The notes under the pieces were generated by a model. That model saw only the letters and a program-made list of their open reading frames with translations. It ran no database searches and was not told the DNA's origin. Both the position numbers and the translations under genes were made by a program. Positions 1 to 8,770 of a stretch of 64,000 bases of DNA are shown piece by piece. Positions within the stretch are counted from its first letter, which is position 1. The number at the start of each line of letters is the position of its first letter. This DNA is from a virus. The DNA is taken from IMG/VR virus record IMGVR_UViG_3300043185_000079; one strand, 5' to 3'.

Positions 1-126
1 GACCCGGAGAAGATCGATCAGATCCTGGAACAGCTCGAAACCAAGTACCGCGATCTGGTCGAGGAACTGAAACGAGACACCGACGCAGCCGAACGGGCCC
101 TCGCCCCGTTTGTCGGAGGAATGTGA
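1..126 (+). CDS. 3' end of a coiled-coil protein (partial)
   Basis: Frame 1 is open from the window edge (DPEKIDQILEQLETKYRDLVEELKRDTDAAERAL...) to TGA at 124-126; heptad-like pattern. Confidence 0.6.
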   Translation, partial: DPEKIDQILEQLETKYRDLVEELKRDTDAAERALAPFVGGM

Positions 127-130
127 ACCA

Positions 131-1291
131 ATGAAAATCGAAATCGCCAAGGCAGATCTGGAGGCCGCCCTCGCGGTCGTGTCCCCCGTAGCAAAGACGA
201 GCAACAGCGACCTAACCGCGCATGTCGTCTTCCGTCGCCTCATGAATGATCAGGTCGAGGTGCTCTCCAACAGCGGCAGGATTGGGGCATCGACGATCCT
301 CGTCGGCTGCAAGGTTACTCTCGGCGACGACGATGACGGCAAGTTCACGATCGAGGCCGCACGGCTCGGGAAGTGGATCGCTCCCGAGGAGGCCGGGGTG
401 ATCACGCTGGAGGAGGAGAAACCGGGCGTCGTCGTGGCACGAGGGTCCTTCGGGTTCGTGAAGTTCCTGAGCGATGATCCCGACAAGTTCCCGTTCTGGG
501 ACGACACGTTCGCCGAGGCAACGCAGGCATTGGCCGTCAAGGCCAAGCGCCTGCACTCGGCACTCTCGTACGTGAAGCTGTTTGTCAGCGATAAGGACAC
601 CACGAACCCGAAGCTCGGCGTCACCGAGGCGATCAACGGTGCTCTCCAAGCGACCGACAAGGGAGCGCTCGCGGTCGTGACGTTGCCCGAACTCAAGGAC
701 AGCCACCTCCGACTGCACCGAGAGGATCTTCCGTACGTGCTCTCGTTCATCGCCGGTTCGAGCGACGCGGAGGGGGACATCGAGATCAAGGAGCACGATA
801 GGTGCCTGTTCTTCGTGCGTCCCGGCAGCGTCCTCCTCGTCGCCAAGACGCATCATGCCTTCCCGGCCATCGCTCTCGACAAAAACGCAGAGGATCCCCA
901 CTGGTGGACGCTGCCCGCCGGCAAGCTCCAGGCGGCGATCAACGGAATTGCCGCGGCGGCCTCCAAGGAAGACAACCGGCTCCGTTTCCAGCTCGAGGGG
1001 GAGCGGGTGATGCTCTCCATGACCGCCCCCGACGGGACACGGATGGTGTACCAGCTGGATGCCGCGGAACCGGGCTCCCAGGATAACGCGGCCAGCCTCC
1101 CGGACGAGGGCTTCGATCTCTCCAACAACTATCTCCTCAAGGTGCTCGGTCATCATCAGGGAGAATCCATCCGCTTCGGGATCAACCCGCAGTTCGACAA
1201 GAAGACCAAGAAGCTGCAGGGGGGCTGGGTCCGTTTCCGAGAGGATCGGAATGGAGACGACTACTTGACGTTGCTCGTGTGGCAGCGATGA
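131..1291 (+). CDS. DNA polymerase sliding clamp (DnaN/beta-clamp-like)
   Basis: About 387 aa. MKIEIAKADLEAALAVV N-terminus, DPDKFP and HAFP linkers and FDLSNNYLLKVL resemble DnaN; GGAGGA RBS upstream; DnaX nearby. Confidence 0.7.
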   Translation: MKIEIAKADLEAALAVVSPVAKTSNSDLTAHVVFRRLMNDQVEVLSNSGRIGASTILVGCKVTLGDDDDGKFTIEAARLGKWIAPEEAGVITLEEEKPGVVVARGSFGFVKFLSDDPDKFPFWDDTFAEATQALAVKAKRLHSALSYVKLFVSDKDTTNPKLGVTEAINGALQATDKGALAVVTLPELKDSHLRLHREDLPYVLSFIAGSSDAEGDIEIKEHDRCLFFVRPGSVLLVAKTHHAFPAIALDKNAEDPHWWTLPAGKLQAAINGIAAAASKEDNRLRFQLEGERVMLSMTAPDGTRMVYQLDAAEPGSQDNAASLPDEGFDLSNNYLLKVLGHHQGESIRFGINPQFDKKTKKLQGGWVRFREDRNGDDYLTLLVWQR

Positions 1292-1298
1292 GCACGGA

Positions 1299-1973
1299 GT
1301 GGGCACGGTGGATCTTCCCTCGCTCCCCGACCTGACACATGCACAGGCCCTGGCCAACCGGGCTCTGGGTCTACGAGAGGCCCTGGATGAGCAGATCGCG
1401 GAGAATGCCCGACAGATCAAGGACCTGGAGGACGAGGAACAGATCCTCGACCTCGTGGCCTCCCTGATCCGACAGATCATTGACGCAGAGGTCACCGATG
1501 GCGTGAAGGCGGTGGAGAGGCTTCAAAGCGAGGGCCTCCGGGAGATCTTCTACGACCAGGAGCTATCCGTCAGAGCTGACGTCGAGGAGGCTCGTGGAAA
1601 GATCTCCGTCACGCTCTTGACGAACCAGAAGCGCAAGGACGGCTCCGTTGTCGAAGGCGTGAGTGACCAGTCGTTCGGGGGAAGCGTCCTCACCATGCAG
1701 AGTGTGTTGATGCGGATCACCGTCATCTACCGCCGGAAGATGCGCCCACTCTTGCTCCTGGACGAGACGCTCGTAGCCGTGGCCAACAGGTACGTCGACC
1801 GTGCGGCCCGGTTCCTCTCCACGCTGTGTCGTCGTCTCGGTCTGGACGTTCTCCTGATTACGCACGACGAGGCCCTTGTGAGCGCTGCCCATCGGGCCTA
1901 TCAGGTGACCAACCACAATGACCGGGCCAAGTTCACGCCGATCTCGGCTGCCGACAGCGAGGGCATGAGGTGA
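1299..1973 (+). CDS. SbcC/Rad50-like ABC ATPase, C-terminal half only
   Basis: Coiled coil followed by signature-like SFGG, Walker B LLLLDE and H-loop LLITHD; no Walker A. Confidence 0.75.
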   Translation: MGTVDLPSLPDLTHAQALANRALGLREALDEQIAENARQIKDLEDEEQILDLVASLIRQIIDAEVTDGVKAVERLQSEGLREIFYDQELSVRADVEEARGKISVTLLTNQKRKDGSVVEGVSDQSFGGSVLTMQSVLMRITVIYRRKMRPLLLLDETLVAVANRYVDRAARFLSTLCRRLGLDVLLITHDEALVSAAHRAYQVTNHNDRAKFTPISAADSEGMR

Positions 1974-2461
1974 AGACCGCTGGACAGATTCGGCAGAAGT
2001 TGAAGCAGGTCGTCTACCGGCACCGCAAGGAGCATGTCCGCCGGGGCTTGGCGAGGCGCCCTGAAAACTGCGAGCACAACGGTGTTGTTCATCTCCCGGT
2101 CCACATGGCCAACCGCGAGACGGTTAGGATCTGCCGTTACGTCGACGATAACGGCGCGTGGAGGAATCGAGTTTGCGACCCTGCGTTAGGCGGTGTACAG
2201 CAGGCGCAGGCGTGTCCCCACTTTTCGTGCTGCAACACGCCCGAATCCCTCAAGGAGGATTTTGGACGAGGAATCGGTCTTGACGGCACGCCCGTGGAGA
2301 TCGGACACATCGCCAAGCACTATCCAGACGTCGCCGCGCTCATGTGGGTCCTGGGCCCGGTCGCGGGACCCCAAGCCCCAGAGGATGACCCCATCGACGA
2401 TGGCATACTGGCCTTCTTCGGACCCTCCGAGAGCCTGGAGGACGAGGAGACCGATGAGTAG
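1970..2461 (+). CDS. Cys-rich hypothetical protein
   Basis: GTGA overlap with upstream gene; several Cys/His residues; acidic tail. Confidence 0.6.
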   Translation: MKTAGQIRQKLKQVVYRHRKEHVRRGLARRPENCEHNGVVHLPVHMANRETVRICRYVDDNGAWRNRVCDPALGGVQQAQACPHFSCCNTPESLKEDFGRGIGLDGTPVEIGHIAKHYPDVAALMWVLGPVAGPQAPEDDPIDDGILAFFGPSESLEDEETDE

Positions 2462-2999
2462 CGATCTCATGGAGGTCGTGAACTTCGACGCCATGATCCG
2501 CGACACGCGTCGTGGACGCGCATCGCCGTACATGGTCGAGTTCCAGGTGAACCCTGGTATCGCGCCGTACCTCGTGTCGAGCTTGACGGCGGTGGTCTGG
2601 GTTGACCATGCCTCGCGTTCGTCCACGATCCGCGCGGCCGTCAGAAAGAGACAGGGGATTGAGGCGGACATGGTCGCCGCGATCGCTGACATGGGCGCCA
2701 AGGCAGACTGGGGGAACGTCCACCCCCTGACCAGCGACGGGCTTGCGGCTTGTGTGGCCCATCTTCGCTACTACGGCCTCGAGGCGATCGAGGCCCTCGT
2801 TGCGCCAGATACCGATCTGGCGGGAGTCACTCTCCCGGAGGGCGTGCCCCTCTCCGAGGCGCAGTGGTTACCGAGGAACACCGTCGTCGTCGTCCCCGGA
2901 GATCGGAGCTTCGTCGGCTCGCTGGGTACTATCGGCCAGCACAAGGCGGTCGCCGTGCTGCACAATCCGAGCCGCGGCGTTGGGGTGGCGTGGCGATGA
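2454..2999 (+). CDS. hypothetical protein
   Basis: ATG 2454 with GAGGAG RBS; translationally coupled on both sides. Confidence 0.6.
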   Translation: MSSDLMEVVNFDAMIRDTRRGRASPYMVEFQVNPGIAPYLVSSLTAVVWVDHASRSSTIRAAVRKRQGIEADMVAAIADMGAKADWGNVHPLTSDGLAACVAHLRYYGLEAIEALVAPDTDLAGVTLPEGVPLSEAQWLPRNTVVVVPGDRSFVGSLGTIGQHKAVAVLHNPSRGVGVAWR

Positions 3000-3697
3000 G
3001 GGAGTGGCTCCTTGCCGCACTGGAGGCATGCTCGCTCGACGACGAGGCACTAAATTACCTCGTCGCGCGGGGGGCCACCCCGGAAATCATCGAGCAATGG
3101 GGGATCAAGACATGGGACTGTCCCCTTCAACGGTGCCAGGATACGCAGATGGCCGAGAAGTACGGTCCGTACTTTGAGCACTTGGCTGGACGCGTCGTCT
3201 ATCCGTTGTGGTCTGCTCGAGGCGAGCTTCTCGGGATCGACACCCGCAACGTCGACCGAAAGGATGACGTGCGGGTGCTGCTCGCGGAGAGTCGTTGGAA
3301 CGCGGTGTGGATTGGCATGCCGGTGGCGATGGACGCTATCTGGAACCGTCGCGATGTCTACTTGGTTGAAGGTAGGTTCGACGTGTTCGCCATGCTCCAC
3401 GTCGTCCGAGAGGCCGCCGTCCTCGGTTCTGCCTCTGCTGGGCTCTCGTGGCGGCAGGCAGATTTCCTCGGTCGATGGCTCGGAGGCCGCGTTACCGAGG
3501 AACGGTCTGGCCGTGTCCACATCGTCTATGATATGGACGATGCTGGCCGGGAGGGCTCGTCGAAGGTCCTGCGTGATCTCCAGCGCCGTGGGGTAGAATG
3601 TGACGAGATCCGCTACGGTCGAGCCGGAGATGATCCCGGCGCAATCTGGGACCGCGGAGGCCGGGACGCACTGAGAGCGGCATTCCCTCAAATCTGA
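2996..3697 (+). CDS. DnaG-like primase catalytic (TOPRIM) domain without zinc-binding domain
   Basis: GRVVYPL..ARGELLG, VYLVEGRFD and YDMDDAG (DxD) motifs; ATGA overlap. Confidence 0.8.
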   Translation: MREWLLAALEACSLDDEALNYLVARGATPEIIEQWGIKTWDCPLQRCQDTQMAEKYGPYFEHLAGRVVYPLWSARGELLGIDTRNVDRKDDVRVLLAESRWNAVWIGMPVAMDAIWNRRDVYLVEGRFDVFAMLHVVREAAVLGSASAGLSWRQADFLGRWLGGRVTEERSGRVHIVYDMDDAGREGSSKVLRDLQRRGVECDEIRYGRAGDDPGAIWDRGGRDALRAAFPQI

Positions 3698-3708
3698 AAG
3701 GCAACGCC

Positions 3709-4245
3709 ATGGAAATCTGGAAGGCTGGACCGGACGTTATGAAGATGCTCCGGGATCTGATCAAGAAGCATCACCCTCACCTGCTCCTCGTCGAAGACGA
3801 GATCGGTGTAGTTTTCCGTGAGAAGGCAAAGGAAATTGCCGGTGTGACGATCCTCGGGGCGACACGCAAGGCACCTCCGCTCCTTCCCGTGCTCACCGAC
3901 AAGAAGTTCACGTACAAGTACATCGTCGAACTCGCTGCCGACGCGTGGCAGACCCTGGACGATCGGCAACGCATGGCCTGTCTGGACCACCACCTGTGCT
4001 CCATGCGCGTCGAAGAGGACGCGGAAAGCGGTGAGATGAAGTGTTCGATTCGTCCGCCCGACTTCATCGGCTACAAGGGTGAAGTAGAACGATGGGGCAT
4101 GTGGCGTCCTATGGACGATGAGACGTTGACGGTGATCGAGCAGATGTTCAGCGACAAGGCGGAGTCGAAACCACAGAAGCGGTCCTCTGCCGATGACGAC
4201 ATGGATGAAATCCTCGACGCTCTCAGCGGCAAGCAACCCAACTGA
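3709..4245 (+). CDS. putative phage metallopeptidase-like protein (degenerate HExxH)
   Basis: YIVELAADAW..LDDRQR..LDHHLC..IRPPD..EVERWG pattern typical of this phage family, but the motif reads HHLCS. Confidence 0.55.
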   Translation: MEIWKAGPDVMKMLRDLIKKHHPHLLLVEDEIGVVFREKAKEIAGVTILGATRKAPPLLPVLTDKKFTYKYIVELAADAWQTLDDRQRMACLDHHLCSMRVEEDAESGEMKCSIRPPDFIGYKGEVERWGMWRPMDDETLTVIEQMFSDKAESKPQKRSSADDDMDEILDALSGKQPN

Positions 4246-4281
4246 CCCCGAGACGCCGGGAGGGTAAAAGGCAGACCCGGC

Positions 4282-5751
4282 ATGAGTCTGGACACGAAGT
4301 ACCGACCGACGCGTTACTCGGACGTGCTCGGTCAAGACGCCACGGTCAAGGTTTGTCGCGAGTACGTACGGTCGGGGCACGGTTTTCGGCAGAGCTATGT
4401 TTTCGCTGGTCCTTGGGGCTCCGGCAAGACCACACTCGCCCGGATCCTCGCTCGGGCTTTGCTCTGCGAGAACCCGCGTGAAGGCGAGCCGTGCGATGAG
4501 TGTTACCAGTGTCGCACGATGCTCGACGATCGATCGGAGGTGTTCGTCGAGGTTGACGCGGCCACCAACTCCGGCAAGGAGGACATTCGCCGCATCACGG
4601 ACGAGGTGCGATACGGGACGTTCTCGGGACTCAGGAAGGTCTATCTTCTGGACGAGTCCCATGAACTCAGCCGTCAAGCCATGGACGCGATGCTCAAGCC
4701 CCTAGAGGACAACGTTCGTGGCACCCAGGACAAGCAGCTGGTGTGCATATTCTGCACGACGGAACCGGAGAAAATGCGGAAGGCGATCCTTTCTCGCTGT
4801 GCGCCCGTGTTCAAGATCAGGACGAACACGCCCGAGGAGATCGTCAGCCGCCTCGACTCCATCTGCGAACAAGAGGGCATCGAGCGCGAGCCCGAGGCGC
4901 TGCGTCTCATCGCCGAAGCTACCGAGTGCCATGTGCGGGACGCGATCAAGTCCGTTGAGGGTGTGTCGATGCTCGGAGGCATCACACGGGCCAACGTCGA
5001 GGCGTACCTTCTCCTCGACGCGAACGTGTTGTTCCTCGACCTTCTCGATCTGATCGGAACAGACCTCCCCGGCGCGCTCGAAATCCTGGACCGGCTGGGT
5101 GAGAAAATCTCGCCCGCCTCGTGTTACGAGCGATTGGCAGACGTCTGCATGCTCGCCTATCGCCTGGCGAAAGTCGGAACCACGGCTATCCCCTCCTACT
5201 GGGATAGCCAACGGCTCTCAGCCGTTGGAGTCCGGCACGCGGATTTCCTGGTCGAGTTCGGGCAGCGTTTCGCACAGCGCCCCGGACACCCCACGCCGGC
5301 GATGCTGTGCTGCGACGTTGCCACGCTGCACCAGCAGCGTACGGGGGCCGTAGTTCGGGCGGAGACGGTCGTCGTTTCCGCCCCCACTCTGGTCCAGACT
5401 GTGATTGCGTCATCTCCATCTGTGGATCTCGTCGCCGATCGATCGACGGCACAGGCCGGGCATGCCGAAGTTCCTATCGTGGCCTCCCCGCCAGACGTCG
5501 CGAGCCCAGGGGAGCCGGGTAGTATGCGCCGAGACCCGGCCTTGACCGACGGGACTCGCACTTACATCGATCCACGAGCGCAGCAACATGCGAAATCCTT
5601 CCCCGCCTATCCCGCTCCGAGCAACGGTTCTGCGGGTCCTCTCTCGCTCGCGGCGTTCGAGCAGTACCTTCGGCAGTGGGTCCTTGAGCTGATTGAGGAG
5701 AAAGCGACCGGTGGTAGACCAGCGAGACGGGACGACATGGGTAGCCCTTGA
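4282..5751 (+). CDS. dnaX: DNA polymerase III gamma/tau clamp-loader subunit
   Basis: KYRP, Walker A GPWGSGKTT, Zn module C..PCDECYQC, EVDAA, LLDESH and SRC arginine finger. Confidence 0.9.
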   Translation: MSLDTKYRPTRYSDVLGQDATVKVCREYVRSGHGFRQSYVFAGPWGSGKTTLARILARALLCENPREGEPCDECYQCRTMLDDRSEVFVEVDAATNSGKEDIRRITDEVRYGTFSGLRKVYLLDESHELSRQAMDAMLKPLEDNVRGTQDKQLVCIFCTTEPEKMRKAILSRCAPVFKIRTNTPEEIVSRLDSICEQEGIEREPEALRLIAEATECHVRDAIKSVEGVSMLGGITRANVEAYLLLDANVLFLDLLDLIGTDLPGALEILDRLGEKISPASCYERLADVCMLAYRLAKVGTTAIPSYWDSQRLSAVGVRHADFLVEFGQRFAQRPGHPTPAMLCCDVATLHQQRTGAVVRAETVVVSAPTLVQTVIASSPSVDLVADRSTAQAGHAEVPIVASPPDVASPGEPGSMRRDPALTDGTRTYIDPRAQQHAKSFPAYPAPSNGSAGPLSLAAFEQYLRQWVLELIEEKATGGRPARRDDMGSP

Positions 5752-6241
5752 GCTGACGCGCTACGGAGAAAAGCTGATTGAGGACGGGAGCCTCGCGACC
5801 GACTTGCGGCGGCAGCTGGACGTCGACGAGAACTGGCCCGTGTTCATTCCCGCCCGCATCTACGAGCGTAAGGGGCGAAAGTACACGGTCCACTTGATGG
5901 AGGGCTACGCCTTCGTCGCAACGGGACTCGACGAGGTTCGTTACTTCCGCCTGGAGACTACCAAGCTGGTCCAGCAGGTAATGGCTACGCGCGATCCGCG
6001 CGGAGTTCGGGTCCTGAGGCCCATCGGGGACAGCAAAGTGGCCGATCTTCGGCGCCGGCTAATCGACGAGGTGGCCGCTGACATCATCCCGGGGATGCAG
6101 GTTCTCGTCACGGATGGGATCTACAAGGCACTCGAAGGTATAGTGCTCGACATCGAGGGCGATCACGCGGTCGTCCACTTTGAGCTGCGGTCCCTCAAAG
6201 TCATTTCCAAGGTCCCCAAGATCTTCTTGGATACCGCGTGA
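5693..6241 (+). CDS. NusG/RfaH-family transcription antitermination factor
   Basis: NGN domain (WVALEL..FIPA..LMEGYAFV) plus KOW (PGMQVLVTDGIYKALEGIV). Confidence 0.8.
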   Translation: MRRKRPVVDQRDGTTWVALELTRYGEKLIEDGSLATDLRRQLDVDENWPVFIPARIYERKGRKYTVHLMEGYAFVATGLDEVRYFRLETTKLVQQVMATRDPRGVRVLRPIGDSKVADLRRRLIDEVAADIIPGMQVLVTDGIYKALEGIVLDIEGDHAVVHFELRSLKVISKVPKIFLDTA

Positions 6242-6247
6242 ACCCAA

Positions 6248-6859
6248 ATGCCATCAGCGTGGTCGGACTGCCGGTCGGTAGATCCATCTGAAATTGAGAG
6301 TCGGGTCAGCACCGACGACAACCTGGAGTTCCTCGAACAGATCCTCTCCGAGGAGCCAACCGAGGAATCGCAGCGCAACCTCGAACGGGTGCGCCAGATC
6401 ATGGAGGAGCTGCCGCCCCGGGAGGCGGACTTCGTCGAACTCTACTTCTTCGCCCACAAGACCCAGACCGACATCGCGGAGATCTTCAAGGTGTCGCAGC
6501 CGACGGTGTGCTACCGGTTGCAGCGGGCGACCAAGCGCATTCGGTTCGTCCTCAGTCTCCCAGATGTGGATCCCGATGAGATGCAGAACGAGCTGGACCA
6601 CTTCCTGTCGGATCCAGAAGACGTCCGTATCATGGTGCTCATGTACGCGACCACGTGCCAGAGCGCGGTGGCCAAGGAACTGGGAGTCACACAGGGGAAG
6701 GTGCGGCATCGGTTCATGCGCAGCACCCGACGCATGGCTGACGATCCAGCCATGGAGAAGTACGCCCGAGTCTTCGAGCTGATTTCCCACAACCTCAACA
6801 TCCGGCGCGAGGTGGATCGTCCGGCGTGGGACGAGAAGATAGCCTACGTCGTGGATTAA
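6248..6859 (+). CDS. sigma-70 region-4-like protein with two tandem HTH domains
   Basis: LPPREADFVELYF..TQTDIAEIFKVSQPTV..RL and a second QSAVAKELGVTQGKVRHR; no clear region 2. Confidence 0.7.
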   Translation: MPSAWSDCRSVDPSEIESRVSTDDNLEFLEQILSEEPTEESQRNLERVRQIMEELPPREADFVELYFFAHKTQTDIAEIFKVSQPTVCYRLQRATKRIRFVLSLPDVDPDEMQNELDHFLSDPEDVRIMVLMYATTCQSAVAKELGVTQGKVRHRFMRSTRRMADDPAMEKYARVFELISHNLNIRREVDRPAWDEKIAYVVD

Positions 6860-6862
6860 GGG

Positions 6863-6877
6863 CGGTTTTCGTCCTAT
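6863..6877 (+). promoter_or_regulatory. candidate phage late-promoter motif CGGT-N8-TAT
   Basis: CGGTTTTCGTCCTAT, intergenic, 26 nt before ATG 6903; recurs at 6 other gene starts. Confidence 0.6.
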
Positions 6878-6902
6878 CCGAACGTGCCTCGTAGGAGGCA
6901 CC

Positions 6903-7466
6903 ATGCACCGGATCAGCTCCATCGTTCTCGCGACCGTAGCCCTAACGGCGGCAACGGGATGCAGGCCCAACCGGGGCACTGCGAATCCAGACGACTACTA
7001 CCCGTTGATCCAAGTCGCGTTCGAGGGGGGCGAGGTTGCGGCGATGATCGGCCGCAACGAGGCCATCAAGGCCAAGGATTTTGCCGGGTGCGTCGCCAGC
7101 GACGTGATCGCGTCCGCGCTCGACAGCGCGGGTCAGGCTCTGGCCGGGAAGCTGGCAGACGCACCCGTGATCCCTGGTTTCGACCTCGACCTCGCCGATT
7201 GCATGGCCATCCGAGCGGACAACCCGACGGGAGACCAGGACGCGGCAGTGCTTGTCCAGGGTATCGCTGGGGTGTCTCTTGCCGTCGCCAAGCACTATGC
7301 CGAGAAGATCAAGGGTGCCGACTGCCGTCGCGGCACGGCCGCGCTCGCGGCGGTCGCGTACGTGGGGGGTACGGTTGCCCCCATCACGGAAGAAATCGCC
7401 AACCCCGACGGCAAGCTGTCCGTGAAGGCTTCCGTCATCGACCTCAAGGCATGCGCAGGATCCTGA
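6903..7466 (+). CDS. lipoprotein
   Basis: Signal peptide with lipobox-like LTAATGC; AGGAGG RBS. Confidence 0.65.
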   Translation: MHRISSIVLATVALTAATGCRPNRGTANPDDYYPLIQVAFEGGEVAAMIGRNEAIKAKDFAGCVASDVIASALDSAGQALAGKLADAPVIPGFDLDLADCMAIRADNPTGDQDAAVLVQGIAGVSLAVAKHYAEKIKGADCRRGTAALAAVAYVGGTVAPITEEIANPDGKLSVKASVIDLKACAGS

Positions 7467-7490
7467 ACCATTGGTCGCACGAGGCTACCC

Positions 7491-7793
7491 ATGTCTGACA
7501 CGCCTGCACGTCGCATCGTGATGTCGAAGTCGGTGGCCCGACAGTGGATCCTCCGACACGCGAAGGTCGAGTACAGGTTCCGAGTGTTCAATCCGGCCGT
7601 GAAGGACTACCCATCGGTGCTGCGCGGGTTCCGAGATGGCCGGGTGAAGCTCGCCGGGGTCTCCCCCCTCCCTGATCTCGGGATCCGGGAGGACTTCGGG
7701 GGCTTCTACGTCTGGTCCTCCGACCTGGGGGCCCTCAAGACGCTTGAGCAGTGGCTGACCAAGCGCGGCCTGGAGACGACCTGGATCTGGTGA
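7491..7793 (+). CDS. hypothetical protein with SVARQW/RHA motif
   Basis: GAGG RBS; N-terminal SKSVARQWILRHA. Confidence 0.6.
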   Translation: MSDTPARRIVMSKSVARQWILRHAKVEYRFRVFNPAVKDYPSVLRGFRDGRVKLAGVSPLPDLGIREDFGGFYVWSSDLGALKTLEQWLTKRGLETTWIW

Positions 7794-7794
7794 G

Positions 7795-8238
7795 ATGGCA
7801 GCAGTTAGAACGCGTCTGGAGAGCTGCTTCACCTACGCGGTGCGGATCGACGATCCGTGTAATCCGCAGTGGAGGTTCACGATCGTCGTTAACCAGGATG
7901 GCACGTGTGGCGTCCGCGACATCCGTTCCGGACACGGAGGAATCTGCGACTCACTCGTCCAGGTGCCAGGAGTCATCCTGGACGAGATCAACGCCGCCAA
8001 GGCGGAGGTGATGAACATCTTGGCACAGACGAGCGCTATAAACGGTACGTTGAGCTTCGTCGCACAGACGAGCCAGTCGATCGTCTTCGCCACGCCGATG
8101 GCGAATACCGACTACCGCGTCTATGTGACTCTCCAGGACTTCATCGACTACCGGATCACCAACAAGACCACCGTGGGCTTCGACATTGAGCTGAATGTGA
8201 CCTACACGGGCACCGTGCAATACGACGTGTTCGTCTGA
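7795..8238 (+). CDS. structural protein with fibre-tip-like C-terminal beta module
   Basis: C-terminus IVFATPMANTDYRV..NKTTVGFDI is paralogous to the C-terminus of 8771..10372. Confidence 0.55.
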   Translation: MAAVRTRLESCFTYAVRIDDPCNPQWRFTIVVNQDGTCGVRDIRSGHGGICDSLVQVPGVILDEINAAKAEVMNILAQTSAINGTLSFVAQTSQSIVFATPMANTDYRVYVTLQDFIDYRITNKTTVGFDIELNVTYTGTVQYDVFV

Positions 8239-8247
8239 ACAGGGTAG

Positions 8248-8562
8248 ATGCAGATGACCAGTAACAAGAACCTGCCGGATCGTCGATCGCTGGACCAACA
8301 GAAGGCACGCCAATTCCTCCGAGAAGCCCGAGACATCGTCGCGGCACCACTGTGGGGAATTGAGACTGCTTCGCTCGTGGATCGTCTGTACCGTGCCGCG
8401 GACCTCTACGAGAAGGGTGCAAGGGAGTTGCGACATGAGGCAAACAAGATCACGCGGACTCCCGCCTTCCTGGACCAAGCCATGAAGAATGTCGAACAAG
8501 TTCTGCGGCCCGTTGAGCTGGTGGCTCGAGCAATTCGGGCCGCCGCGGAAAAGGCTAAGTAA
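8248..8562 (+). CDS. hypothetical protein
   Basis: Helical ORF filling the gap in the operon. Confidence 0.5.
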   Translation: MQMTSNKNLPDRRSLDQQKARQFLREARDIVAAPLWGIETASLVDRLYRAADLYEKGARELRHEANKITRTPAFLDQAMKNVEQVLRPVELVARAIRAAAEKAK

Positions 8563-8606
8563 CATGGCCGTTCAACCCTCTAGTACGATGTTCGTCTGAG
8601 GAGCAC

Positions 8607-8717
8607 ATGTCCCGCACGCAGATCGTCCACCGAATCGTCAAGGAGCGACCCGAGATTCGTCGGGAGTTGCAGGCCGAAATACGCCGACACCTCAACGAGA
8701 GGTACGTGTGGGACTGA
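8607..8717 (+). CDS. 36-aa microprotein (MSRTQIVHRIVKERPEIRRELQAEIRRHLNERYVWD)
   Basis: GAGGAG RBS at 8598-8603; below the ORF-track cutoff; aligns with a segment of 41910..43289. Confidence 0.5.
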   Translation: MSRTQIVHRIVKERPEIRRELQAEIRRHLNERYVWD

Positions 8718-8770
8718 CACTAGAACCCGTGATGCGCACGCTCCGTCAACGCGCGGGGTCCAGGTAACCC

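Noticed and set aside
1-6859. Bacterial chromosome origin for dnaN/dnaX/nusG/primase
   Set aside because: The genes are highly divergent, not in bacterial synteny and contiguous with a complete phage head module
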